Counted from the first letter of the stretch, positions 22,195 through 34,900 are shown. The stretch: 53,500 nt of DNA from Nemertoderma westbladi (GCA_032718475.1 JAUCBJ010000958.1:1-53500), one strand, 5' to 3'. Made by a program: numbers and translations. The notes: generated by a model not told the origin, from the letters alone.

Positions 22195-23798
22195 ATGGAG
22201 AAAGGGATACAAGGAGAGCCGAGATGGGGATATGATATCCAAGAGGAGGCAGCAGCGCCATTCGAACGATTTGGAGCTAAAGATTACACTATATTTGGAA
22301 TAAAGGAATTATCAGAAAGTACAGCGAAACTCGCAAACACTAAATATGACACGACGGTATCGTGGAGGTTACGAACGAATCACGGCAGACGCGTGCGCCT
22401 ATCGGTCACCTTGGTGATGATTTCGAAGTAACTACTACGATCGCTGACGATCCTTTAGAGGAACTTCTTGAGATAGAAAGGAACCTCCCGAAGAAATCTC
22501 AGACGGAGATTCGACAACTTGAAGCAACAGATGCTATAGTTTGTATACAACCTTCAGAAACCTACCAACCCATAGATCCAGATGATTACGATTATAGTGT
22601 GGGCGGAAGCGCTCGACCGATTGGAGATCTTATATACGAACGAGTGTGGTACCCTGCCAATACGATGTGTGGTAAATGTGGCGTCGCTGGACATCATATG
22701 ACCAAGTGCAGTGGAAAGCACATTACTACGACTCAGCTAATCTGTGGATGGTGTGGGGATCAAGGGTCTCATACCTTTTATACTTGCTGGAGATTTATGG
22801 CTCAATGTACTTATTGCAATATAAAAGGACATCGAGCATCCGAATGCCAACTAAGAGACATACCTTATGAACACGAATCTGTAAAACTCGTGAGGAAATT
22901 ATTTGATGAGTGGGAAGATTTAGCCGACGAACATGTATCGGCACAAAGAAGACGATTTCCGATGAGGGCGCATCTTGGATTTTGGGCGGTAAATCCCCAA
23001 ACGATGATGTCGGAAGGATACATCTCCGCTATGCCCCAATATGACGAACTTATCGAGGTAGTCGATATTTTGCCCCACGACAGTGGATTCCGAGTAGTGC
23101 GCGAGTATCTACTACAGATTCACCCGGATAACAAAAACACGTGGAATTTTCAGAAAGTCGTTAATCGCATCACGTATGGTGAATTCGATCGTTTCCGAAC
23201 TGAAAAGCGGAATAAAGGAGCTTGGTTAACCGTCGCATGGGCGTACCGAGCCGCGTTTTACCATAAACGTATACGAGCGAGCGTATTCGAGGAAGAGGAG
23301 GTCCTAGAGGCGACAAATATACCAGCCACTCCGGTTGCGCCGTCTGCACGTCACCCTCGGGAGGACGGACAGGGTAGGATCATACGGGTCCAGAAAGTGG
23401 GCCAACAGTTAAAGAAGTCTATTAATATAGAAGAACGCAAGGGAGTCGAGCCGACCATTCGAATTACTCGGGATACGGTATCGCTTCCTAGAGAACCAAC
23501 AGGAGGATCGGGACATACACCAGCTGATCAAAAGGGGGCGCAAGCTGCTCTTGGGTCTGCGTCGTCCGCTTCTCGCGCGTTCCCAGACGTTCTACCAACT
23601 GTAGTGACAACTGATCGGTCACGAGGAATCGGTCGAGGTTTTGGGATGCCAAATAGACGAATTTGCGAGGAAATAGTCGCACCGTCTCTCAACGTCCAAA
23701 CGAAACCAGTGACTCGCCCCACAAGTCCCATATCGCGAGCAAAGTCACCTGTGCGCAGTTTTCGAGGACGCGGCAGGGCTCGATCAACTAAGCGATAA
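22195..23798 (+). CDS. Extra ORF 3' of pol with three CCHC zinc knuckles (possible frameshift between 22350 and 22430)
   Basis: CGKCGVAGHHMTKC, CGWCGDQGSHTFYTC and CTYCNIKGHRASEC in the 22362-23798 frame, with a basic RG/SP-rich tail. That frame has no early ATG; an overlapping upstream frame has an ATG at 22195. Confidence 0.65.
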
Positions 23799-24457
23799 AG
23801 GAGGGCAAGGGTGGACGGAAGACTCGTGAGCCTTTCTTATGATTTTGTGATTTATTTGAATTTATATTTATATTTGTGTTTATTCCGAACTTAAGCAATT
23901 TGTATTGTTCCGAATTTATGAAATTTAGAAAGTTTATATTTAGAAGGAACTTATATTTGAAAGATTTATGTTTCATATTTGAGATGCAAAGGAGTTTATA
24001 TTATTCTAAACTTATGCAGTTTATATTTATATTTAGTAAAGATTTATATTTAGTAAGAATTTATATTTTATATTTGTGATTATTCCGAACTTATGCAATT
24101 TATATTGTTCCGAATACTATGCAATTTATATCTTATAAGCAGTATTTGTATTTACAGTGAAATAGAAAGATTTCATTTATTTGTATTTGTAATTACTTGA
24201 ATTTATGCAATATTGAGATGCAATAGATTTATATTGGTGAATTTAATTTAGATTGTATTGTACTTACTTAGTAAAGCCTTAACTACGTAAAGTTTGAATT
24301 TGTAATTATTTTGTATCGAATCATTATGTAGAAAGGAAGTATTGTTTGAAATTTAATTGTAAATATGTAAGTACGCCCTAAGTATTCTATAGTTTGATTG
24401 ATTATTGGTGAAAACCGTATATTTTATGCACGATAATATCCTGTTTTCATGGAGCGG

Positions 24458-25035
24458 TATAGAATTATATTCCCTAAATGCCGTGGATTTTCAAAATTTT
24501 ATTTTATTCGAATTAACTTTGTAAAAGATTACTTTGAGTCCTCATTTGTATTTATTATATCTATTGTACGACCTTTAGTCAAGTGGTTCAGTAGCTCAGT
24601 CGGTAGAGCGTTGGAAATTATATGTGTAGTAGGTATTGAGTTCGAATCCTAGTAAGTGCGAATTATTTTTTGTGCAGAATTTCAACTCATTTAAATTGAC
24701 CGCTACAAATTAAATTGCATTTGTTTGTACCTAGATTAACCAATGAGACTGCAGTTATTAGATTGTAACCAATGTCGTGCAAGTTATATATTAGCTGGAC
24801 CAATAGCTATCTTTAAAAACCTGTTAGAACCTATAGAACAATCGAGAATTTTCTCGATTGATTGCAGCACAAATTTGCTATATAAAGGTGCGATTTGTTC
24901 ATTAGTTATCTATCTTTATTCATTCTAATCTTCTGTATTATTCAATATTGTTTATTCTGTCATTAGTTTCAGATTACATTTTTGTATTATTATCTGCAAT
25001 AAATTCAGAAATACCGCTATCTGCTTTTCTTTTCA
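24458..25035 (+). repeat. Putative 3' LTR of the BEL/Pao element
   Basis: Follows purine-rich ATGGAGCGG; contains several CCAAT boxes (24740-24805), TATATAAA at 24879, AATAAA at 24998 and ends in TTCA. It starts TA rather than TG, and there is no 5' LTR to compare. Confidence 0.55.
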
Positions 25036-25352
25036 CCATGATTCACTACGGTGAACACCTTTAGGAACAGGATGGCCGGCTAGAGATCGGGCCGCAGCAA
25101 TGAACGGGAACATCACGGGAATGTAGACAAGAGGCAACCCGCAATATCATCTCAGTTATTCGCCCATCGCCTGAAAGGTTAGACAGCGTTCGACGCCTTG
25201 CTACCTAAGCGTAAGACCAAAGATCAAAAGGTAGAAGTAGTGACACGCTGTGAGCCTAAAATTACATCTTAGGGACTGTACTGTCTTAATTCAGGAAAAA
25301 ACCACAGTAGACCTTCACATTCCTACGGGGGGGAGAGCGCAGGCAGATACTA

Positions 25353-26743
25353 CAGTCCCGCTCACCAACAGAGTGCCATCGGATCCGATCGGATCCAACA
25401 CACTCCGACATCTTCAAACAAGCACAATGCTAACCTACGGAGATTTAGTACTGTTTGATTCTGTTGGAGAAAATATTTCCAACAAGTTTAGTCTGTTGGA
25501 GCCCATCTGAATCTGTCTGAAATCCGTCTGAAAGTGTTTGAAATTTCTGTTGGATGTTGTTGGAAGCTATCTGAAGTTGTTTGAAGTTGTCTGAAGTTGT
25601 CTGAAACTGTTTGAAGTTGTCTGAAGATGTTTGACGCCATCGGAATTTGTTGGAATTTGCCAATGCTTTACAAAAGCGTAGTTCATTAACAAAATGTCAA
25701 TCACTTTAACTCTCAATTTGAAGTGATTGTGAGGGTGTGCTATTGTCAATTATAAACCGAAACAAAGATTTGTTTCATTTAACAATTTTTATTTACATAA
25801 TTATGTCGTTAATTTTATCAATTAATTAACTAGAATGCATAAACGAATAATAAATTCCTATAATATAAATTCCGATTGAAATTCCGATATAAATTGACAA
25901 ATTAACCGCACAATTAATTAATTGACAAAACAAAAATCAAACTAGTAGAGATCATATCCAAACCTGTATAAATATAAATAAACGCAACGATATAACTAAC
26001 ACATGTACGTACACTATATTAACTGCAGAGGGGGATACTGTCCCTCCTGCGAAAAGCAAAATATATTTATCAGTATTTTAATTAATGTAACTTAAAGAAA
26101 TAGAGCCTTATTCAAAGAAATTCTACATGGGCATTTTGGACCTACTGTATACCGCCACTGCTTGACTCTTTGGAAGTGTATTTCCGTAAAGCTCTATTGT
26201 ATGGCTCTAGACCAACCCAAAGCAACATTAGTATGTGAACACAGAATTCCATTCCCCATTCATTTCAATGGTAGCCAACTTGTCTTTCTTGTATTGGGGG
26301 TAGACCACTGGTTAGCTTTCTGCTATTGTGTTATTCAAAGATAGCGGCAGGAATAAAGAGAAATACCGACCTCACTAATGGGCTGTTCCTTCAGGTCGGC
26401 TTAAGTTACAGTGTGAATGTTCAAGGGCGCCGCCAGTGGCCAGTCCACTCTGTCGTTATTGTGGCTTTATGAATGGAGTTCCTTTAGTAGTTTCAAACGC
26501 TTTCATTCTATCTGCACTCAAGAAGATGGGAGTTGAGTTGGGGTTGCGGTTGAGGGTGGGTGGAGTGATTGACAGGTTGTTGGAAGTTGTCTGATTCTGT
26601 TTGAAACTGTCTGAATCTGTTTGAAACTGTCTGAATCTGTTTGAAGTTGTTGGACTGTTGGAGTTTGTCTGAAAGTGTTTGAAGCTGTTGGATCCGATCG
26701 GTTCAGATCGGATCCGATGGCACTCTGTTGGTGAGCTGGACTG
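25353..26743. mobile_element. Non-autonomous Tc1/mariner-like element (about 1.39 kb)
   Basis: TIR CAGTCC(C/A)GCTCACCAACAGAGTGCCATCGGATCCGATC at both ends, TA on both flanks, 10-bp TGAAGTTGT(C/T)-type repeats inside, no transposase ORF. Confidence 0.8.
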
Positions 26744-27692
26744 TAGTACGCAGATAGGACGTAGGCACACCGGTACGAAGCATACACATTGGTAGGGTGC
26801 AGCAAACTGTACGCCTAACTCTTGCTAAGTGCAGGTGCGTTTGCGACTATTTGTAGTACAACGGTGTCCATTGCATTAGAACTTGTAGGCTAGGAGGGTC
26901 GCTGTGTTTCACCTGAATTGGGATTGTACCGTTCAGGCGGTAGGGCAGTTTACAACTAGGCGCAAATAAATTGAGGCTATTAGGGATATACTAACATCTA
27001 TCGTGTCCCCGCCAACGTCCTGATAGGAAGTTACCCAGCCTACCTAGGTGACTAAAATTCCAGATAAGAGCCAGGATAGCTATTAGTAACTGTACGCCTA
27101 CTGTAGTAAACTAACACATTTCTTCTTAGTATTAGGGACCTGGTAAATTACTCCTTCACACGACACATCCAGCAGAAAAAAGAAAGCGCCTCCATAGTAA
27201 CTGGTTCACTAAACCATCTCCATCTACTATCAATATCTACAGGTATATCAATATTCAATATGAAAATTGCCCCATTGGTTACTTATTCATTTAAAGAAAT
27301 CGGACGATTTTTCACTCTCGCTAATCTTAAAGAAATCGATAAAATTAAAAACAAATATTTAAAGCGAATGCTCTCTCTACACTCATCAACCTCTTCCACT
27401 CTAGTGCTGCATTTAACTCAAGAAAAATCATTCGTTGAGTCCATACTCACCTCCAGCCCCAATATATTCGACACCAATATCGTTTCGAATTACCGCAGTT
27501 ACCGCCGTGAACGCGAGCTAAACTTCCACGACGAAGGTTACCAGCGTGGTCCGGGTTTCCAATGCGAAATCTGGAAACGCGCCGGACAACGTAATCGACA
27601 CGTAGTTACGAGGGCAACCGCCCACGGGTTTCACTTCCGTGTCTGCTCAACCGCTACACCGTTCCACGAACTCACATCCACCTGCTGCTGTA

Positions 27693-29126
27693 CAGTGCTG
27701 CTCAAAAGTTTGGTCACACCAGGTGTTTTTAGGAAATTGAGATTTTAGTAATGTAAAGTAATATAGTTAACTATAATTCCTAATTTTAAATCAATGCAAT
27801 TTCACAATTAATACTTAGTGCTATAGTATTTGGCCGCGATACACAATTTAATACGTCTTGGCATACTACTTGCAAGATTTTTGCAAAGTTCACATGGTAG
27901 TTTGACCCATTCTGAAACTAGCGCTTTCTTCAAGCTATCAATATTACTCGCTTTATGTCGCCAAACTTTGAGTTTTAAAATTCTCCAAAGGTTCTCAATA
28001 GGGTTTAAGTCAGGTGAATTGCCTGGCCAAAACATTACATTAACATTGTTGTCGTTGAGGTAGTCCTTCCTTGACCAGCTTGGATGTGTGGCAAGGAGCA
28101 CCATCTTGCTGGAATGTGGTTGCTCCAAGTGACTCCATTGCTGGAATAAGACGTTCGGCCAGGACCTCTTTATAGCGGGGTCCATTCAGTGTTGTGCCCT
28201 TGGGCATAAACCACAATCTACCCCGCCCTGTTGCAGAGAAGCACGACCAAACCATAACCTTTGGTGGATTCTTCACAGTCTTTAGGGTATACTTTGGATT
28301 ATATCGCTGGCCAATAGGGCGTCGGACCCAACGACCAGTCGAACCAAACTGTGAAAACTGTGACTCATCGGAAAAGAGAACCTTGTCCCAATCGTTCTCT
28401 GTCCAATCTTTGTATTTTTGGCAAAATATTTTCCTATCCCTCAGATTCTTCTCAGATAGTTGAGGTTTTTGAGCTGCCTTTCGAGCTCGCAACTTAAACT
28501 CTTTAGAAAGTCTCCGTTGTACAGTTTGTGGACTTACTTGAACATGTCGGCGATCTTCCAGAATTGTCGATATTTCCTGTGATGTTGCAAACGGTTTAGT
28601 TTCACAAATGTTTCTAATCGATAAATCCTCCTTGCGAGTTGTAATTCTTGGTCTCCCAGAACGTTTCTTAGAAGAATATGAGCCTTCTTCCTTGAAGCGT
28701 TTAACAGTCCGTAAAACAGTTCGTCGTGTCGTATTGTATTTTTCAGCGATTTCTTGGGTTTTTATGCCTGTCTCATGAAGGGCAACAATGGCTGACCGTT
28801 TTTTAGGCGTTAATTCACATACTTTCCCCATTGGGTCTCCAAAATATTACAAAAAAATAATTACATGTATCAAAGCTCTGTTAAATATCAGGTCGGCAGC
28901 GTAAAAGCACGATATATTCCTGGTACCGGTAATGAAGCAAAAACTAAAGCAATTTTTATCAAATTTGAATTTCCCACAATTTTTGTATGAATTATTAACC
29001 GCAATTAAATAAGCTTTCAAATGATATACAATAAAGTGTACATGCTAAAGGTTTCTGATCACAATAGATGAAAAACATATTTTCCATCTATAAATATAGG
29101 TGTGACCAAACTTTTGAGCAGCACTG
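27693..29126 (-). mobile_element. Tc1 (DD34E) DNA transposon, 1434 bp
   Basis: Perfect 28-bp TIRs CAGTGCTGCTCAAAAGTTTGGTCACACC and TA TSD. Confidence 0.95.
27808..28831 (-). pseudogene. Tc1 transposase with one frameshift
   Basis: HTH region, GRPR, FSDES, QQDGAPCH and SPDLNPIENLW. A 4-bp duplication (CCTTCCTT, 28065-28072) breaks the frame; removing it gives D-34-E spacing. Confidence 0.93.
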
Positions 29127-29954
29127 TACATACTGCGGCGAGCCCTGCGATGACCGTTACCACGTGCTCGTCTGTGCGATGTGCCCACCGCTGTCACAAC
29201 TGGCTGCTTCATAGTCATCTTCCAGTTAAATAATAATAATAATATTTTATACTTAATATTTATTTTACAAGTGAACGACCTTTTACTGTGTGTTTTTATA
29301 ATTAATTTTACCGCATATTTACCCCGCCCGGGGTGTATTGAAATATATATTGGTAAATTAAAATTGCCGAATTCTGGGTGTAGCATTAACCTTATGCCTG
29401 AATTTGAGTCCTGGAAATACGCAAGAGGGGAAGGAACCTTATCATTCGTAAGTATTGGACCTACAAGTTACAAAATTAGAATATTCGTAAAATGCACACC
29501 GTACCCAGTAATTATATATGTGAAGGAGCAAAACTGCTTTTGACCGTTCAGAATTAACACACGCGCGTTAGAAATTATTTACACCTCAAAATATATAAAA
29601 TTAACTTTCGTCCTTACTGTGTTTTGCCCGCTAGTTAGACATCTCCAAATCTCTGCCTCTGTACCTAGCTAGCGTCCCTTTCGCCCAACCATATAAATCA
29701 CACCGCGGCAAAGTATACGAGCCCCTTAGTCCGTCAGTGAGTCAGCCTGATTTTAGGATTCGCTGCGCGGGATTTTGTTTTATCGAAGTTTGTCTGCTCG
29801 TAGACTGTTTTCTGCCTCACCGGTTATAAGAGATCGATACTGCAATATATTCACTTACTTAGAGTTTACTGTTTTGGTGAGAAGGTCGGATTATGATTTG
29901 ATTCACAAACTTTACAGTAGGATATTGCAGGTATTGTTACTGTCTCTTCCAATA

Positions 29955-31280
29955 TGTGTGTTTAATCATTACCGATACCGGGGTCCCGTTTGTGTGTTTA
30001 AGCATTACCGATACCGGGGTCCTATTTGTGTTTTTAATCATTACCGATACCGGGGTCCCGTTTGTGTGTTTAATCATTACTGATACCGGGGTCCCGTTTG
30101 TGTGTTTAATCATTACCGATACCGGGGTCCAGTTTGTGTGTTTAATCATTACCGATACCGGGGTCCCATTTGTGTGTTTAATCATTACCGATACCGGGGT
30201 CCCGTTTGTGTGTTTAATCATTACCGATACCGGGGTCCCGTTTGTGTGTTTAATCATTACCGATACCGGGGTCCCGTTTGTGTGTTTAATCATTACCGAT
30301 ACTGGGGTCCCGTTTGTGTGTTTAATCATTACCGATACCGGGGTCCCGTTTGTGTGTTTAATCATTACCGATACCGGGGTCCCGTTTGTGTGTTTAATCA
30401 TTACCGATACCGGGGTCCCGTTTGTGTGTTTAATCATTACCGATACCGGGGTCCCGTTTGTGTGTTTAATCATTACCGATACTGGGGTCCCGTTTGTGTG
30501 TTTAATCATTACCGATACCGGGGTCCCGTTTGTGTGTTTAATCATTACCGATACCGGGGTCCCGTTTGTGTGTTTAATCATTACCGATACTGGGGTCCCG
30601 TTTGTGTGTTTAATCATTACCGATACCGGGGTCCCGTTTGTGTGTTTAATCATTACCGATACCGGGGTCCCGTTTGTGTGTTTAATCATTACCGATACCG
30701 GGGTCCCGTTTGTGTGTTTAATCATTACCGATACCGGGGTCCCGTTTGTGTGTTTAATCATTACCAATACCGGGGTCCCGTTTGTGTTTTTAATCATTAC
30801 CGATACCGGGGTCCCGTTTGTGTGTTTAATCATTACCGATACTGGGGTCCCGTTTGAGTATTTAATCATTACCGATACTGGGGTCCCGTTTGTGTTTTTA
30901 ATCATTACCGATACCGGGGTCCCGTTTGTGTGTTTAATCATTACCGATACCGGGGTCCCATTTGTGTGTTTAATCATTACCGATACCGGGGTCCCGTTTG
31001 TGTGTTTACCTGTTTAATCATTACTGATACCGGGGTCCCGTTTGTGTGTTTAAGCATTACCGATACCGGGGTCCCGTTTGTGTGTTTAATCATTACCGAT
31101 ACCAGGGTCCTATTTGTGTTTTTAATCATTACCGATACCGGGGTCCCATTTGTGTGTTTAATCATTACTGATACCGGGGTCCCGTTTGTGTGTTTAATCA
31201 TTACCGATACCAGGGTCCCGTTTGTATGTTTAATCATTACTGATACCCGGGTCCCGTTTGTGTGTTTAATCATTACCGAT
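29955..31280. repeat. 36-bp satellite, about 37 copies
   Basis: Unit TTTGTGTGTTTAATCATTACCGATACCGGGGTCCCG. Confidence 0.97.
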
Positions 31281-31805
31281 TTGCGAGGCGGTCAAAGAAA
31301 AATTTCATTTAATGTATTGATAGTATTAATTAAAAAATAAAGCTAATAGATAATCTATATTCAACCTCACCAATATCTATATAGTATATATCAACTCTAA
31401 ATCCAATATTTGATACACCTATCTATCTATCAGTCTATAGCATGAGACCAAAATAAATGGGAACAGCAATGGATCAACTTTGCTATATACAAAATATACC
31501 TCTAGAATAACTAAACAGACTTACAAATAACCATATTAATTACAATTTGTTTTATATAATGTTATTAAATACTATCCTTATGTACCGGTAGATTCTAATT
31601 CGTAAAGTATCCTCGTTACTTTCCGTGACCAACATAATACGTACGAAAGCGAAAATAATAACAGCGATCTGGCTGTATAATATTAATATTGATAAATGAG
31701 ATAATTTTTCAGACATATTAAGATTTAAAAATTGTGACTGACGCGGTTGTCTCCTGTTTGAGCTATCGTACCTGGTTGATTATTTATGGAAACTGGCTGA
31801 CTATG

Positions 31806-32010
31806 GCGGTGGACTGTGGCGGTGGTGGTGGTGGACTGTGGTGGTGGACAGTGGTGGTGGTGGACTGTGGTGGTGGACGGTGGTGGTGGTGGACTGTGGT
31901 GGTGGACGGTGGTGGTGGACTGTGGTGGTGGTGGAGGACGGTGGTGGTGGACAGTGGTGGTGATGGAGGACGGTGGTGGTGGACTGTGGTGGTGGACGCC
32001 GGACGGTGGC
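31806..32010. repeat. Degenerate (GGT)n/GGAC low-complexity tract
   Basis: Runs of GGTGGTGG interspersed with ACT/ACG. Confidence 0.9.
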
Positions 32011-33374
32011 GTATTGCAGCTTTGTTTTGAATAGTGGCAGAACGAAAGTGGATTGGGTTATTATATTGGTTAGGGTTTGTTCCCCTCGTCATGCTTCACC
32101 CGTAATTAAAACTACCACGTAACCCTAATCCCAAGTCACAATCAATGGAATTAAGTCATTGCCATGCCATCACCATCGAGCAGAAAGGACTTTATATCTG
32201 AAAAGTTTACGCTATAATGTTGAGTTTATTAATCACTTTATTTCTTCGTTATTACTTCTTTAAAGTTACAAAATAGTTAAAATTAAAATTATTGAATTAA
32301 AATAAATAAATAAATAATTGATTTATGTCGTTTTTTTAATCAATGTATTGAAATAGCTTTAAAGGCTATTCTACTTATTACTATTCTACTTATTCGTAAT
32401 TAATTATGGATTAAATTATCAAATTATAACCTATCGGATCTTCAAATATTAAATATTTTATTAATTAATAGACATTGTCTATGGTAGTGTGTGACATTCA
32501 GTGCATTGGCTACTTGATTTATGCAAACTTCGTGGAACTGATCCAATTTATTTTATTTTAGAACTTATACTTACTTTAGGTGCCAATGATGGTGCTAACA
32601 AGCATGGTCGGGAGACTATTTGCGTTATATTTTAATTAGCCTATAAATCAGAAATCTTAAGTAAAGACTTGTAAATATCTTTAAATCTAATAATTAATAT
32701 TAAATCTCTAAAGTTCATATATCTAACATATATATTAATTGTTGTTTAAATTGTATTATTTTTACTCTGTTTAAGTTGTTTATTTTACTGTAATGTGTGT
32801 TCATGATATGGTCGTTAAACAAATTCAATTCAGTTCAGGCGCGAGTGCTCAAACAGGATATTAGGCCTACCGTTTTAGTTACCGAGTTAACTACTGCATC
32901 CCACTAAAAAGTGTACCTACTGGCTGACTGGTAACTTAGGGAGGTCAAACTATGTCGGTTTCACATTTAATACGATTTCATTAAGATTTTAGTAAAATGT
33001 GGGCCAAAAAAATTCCGAATTTCAACTTCTTCCTTGCATCACAAGTTCCTGTTAACTAGACCCCCAAATGAAAATTATAATATCAACCAAAGTTTGAACC
33101 CATTTGATGAAAGAAAGTGAAGTTCGAAAGAAAATTTGGACCACCCTAAACCGACAACTGGACAAGGACATGGTGAAGATTTTTTATGAGTAAATTGAGT
33201 ACACAGGTATGGTAGGCTGAACCTGTATAGGCCTATCTACATGAGTACCGGTACCGGTAGGTACTACACATACTAAGAAGGGTAGCACTCAGTATTACGT
33301 AATATAGGCCTACTTATAGGCCTGTCTGATACAGTCTAACTAATTAATTTATTGTTAATCTAAAAAATAAACAT

Positions 33375-33698
33375 TTATTCGTCATCTTCCTCTGTTGCGT
33401 TGGCTGCTCTAGCCGCTTCAAACTGTTTTCTGTAAAGGTCCCAACTACATTGGGGATTAGACCAGCCCCACCATCTATTAACTGTGACATTGACAGCTCG
33501 TTCGTAGAAGAATACACCAACTATCGCGCATAATACCCATGTAGATGTTCTCTTAAAGAATGTGTTCCGTACGAATTGTAAGATTCTCGTGTTTCCCGAA
33601 TCCGCGAATTTCCCAGCTCGTTTGGCCACCGCCGTTCTCTGGCTATCCCTTATGGCTTGATCGCGAGCGGCAATTTGTTCAGTAAGATTCCAGGCCAT
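33375..33698 (-). CDS. UQCR10: Cytochrome bc1 complex subunit 9 (QCR9/UQCR10)-like protein, intronless, N-terminally extended
   Basis: FVRNTFFKRTSTWVLCAIVGVFFYERAV..W..SN..SW matches the QCR9 pattern (F.R.STF...I..G..FFERA.....I....N.GK.W) with a single TM helix. AATAAA on the minus strand at the stop and about 25 bp downstream. Confidence 0.82.
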   Translation of the reverse strand: MAWNLTEQIAARDQAIRDSQRTAVAKRAGKFADSGNTRILQFVRNTFFKRTSTWVLCAIVGVFFYERAVNVTVNRWWGWSNPQCSWDLYRKQFEAARAANATEEDDE

Positions 33699-33953
33699 TT
33701 CATAAACGAGAACAAACAGGTATCCGTATATTCCAGTACTGCGGTACAGCAGTGGGGCCTATTCAATATTCAGTGTTTATTTACCGGTACAGCTTTAGCT
33801 GTTTAGTACTGCTGTACTGTGGTAGGCCTACTGCAGACCAGCTGTCTGGCACTATACATATAAGTTCCCGGCACCTAGCAACTGTACATTATTTAAGCAA
33901 GGAGTAACTACTGTATTACAGAACAATATTATGTTACCTGATCTCAGAAAGAG

Positions 33954-34900
33954 CTTTTCCTCTCTTTGGGCTTGGGGTTACATGAACAATAACCGGGCGC
34001 GGGGCGACGTTTTCCTCTCTTTGAGGTTACATGAACAATACCCGGGCGCAGGGCCACGTTTTCCTATCTTTGAGGTTACATGAATAATACCCGGGCGCGG
34101 GGCCACGTTTGCCTCTCTTTGGGGTTACATGAATAATACCCGGGCGCGGAGCCACGTTTTCCTTCCTATCTTTGAGGTTACATGAATAATACCCGGGCGC
34201 GGGGCCACGTTTTCCTTACTTTGGGGTTACATGAACAATACCCGGGCGCGGGGCCATGTTTGCCTCTCTTTGAGGTTACATGAATAATACCCAGGCGCAG
34301 GGCCACGTTTTCCTTACTTTGGGGTTACATGAACAATACCCGGGCGCGGGGCCACGTTTGCCTCTCTTTGAGGTTACATGAATAATACCCGGGCGCAGGA
34401 CCACGTTTTCCTATCTTTGAGGTTACATGAATAATACCTGGGCGCGGGGCCACGTTTTCCTCTCTTTGGGGTTACATGAACAATACCCGGGCGCGGGGCC
34501 ACGTTTTCCTCTCTTTGGGGTTACATGAACAATACCCGGGCGCGGGGCCACGTTTGCCTCTCTTTGAGGTTACATGAATAATACCCGGGCACAGGGCCAC
34601 GTTTTCCTATCTTTGAGGTTACATGAATAATACCTGGGCGCGGGGACCACGTTTTCCTCTCTTTGGGGTTACATGAACAATACCCGGGCACGGGGCCATG
34701 TTTGCCTCTCTTTGAGGTTACATGAATAATACCCGGGCGCAGGGCCACGTTTTCCTATCTTTGAGGTTACATGAACAATACCCGGGCGCGGGGCCACGTT
34801 TGCCTCTCTTTGAGGTTACATGAACAATACCCGGGCGCAGGGCCACGTTTTCCTCTCTTTGATGTTACATGAATAATACCCGGGCGCGGGACCACGTTTT
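33954..34900. repeat. 49-bp GC-rich satellite, about 19 copies
   Basis: Unit GGTTACATGAA(C/T)AATACCCGGGCGCGGGGCCACGTTTTCCTCTCTTTG(A/G). Confidence 0.95.

Larger units (their letters stand above)
16970..25035 (+). mobile_element. BEL/Pao LTR retrotransposon, 5' half lost
   Basis: pol, extra ORF, AT-rich 3' UTR and LTR-like end. A shared hairpin motif at 19227, 21808 and 23817 ties these parts together. Confidence 0.75.
27260..29245 (+). mobile_element. 3' fragment of a LINE related to families A and B, split by the Tc1 insertion
   Basis: Removing the Tc1 and one TA gives ..HGFHFRVC..TCCCTYCGEPCDDRYHVLVCAMCPPLSQLAAS* (stop 29212-29214), then a (TAA)n tract. Same Cys/His C-terminal pattern as the other two ORF2s. 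Confidence 0.75.

Noticed and set aside
24585-24660. Functional tRNA gene (also 5572-5637)
   Set aside because: A and B boxes are present but the acceptor and anticodon stems do not pair convincingly.
29937-31340. Long repetitive ORFs on both strands (250-350 aa)
   Set aside because: By-product of a stop-poor 36-bp unit; no unique coding flanks.
31734-32092. Gly/Trp/Val- or His/Pro-rich ORFs
   Set aside because: Low-complexity (GGT)n tract.
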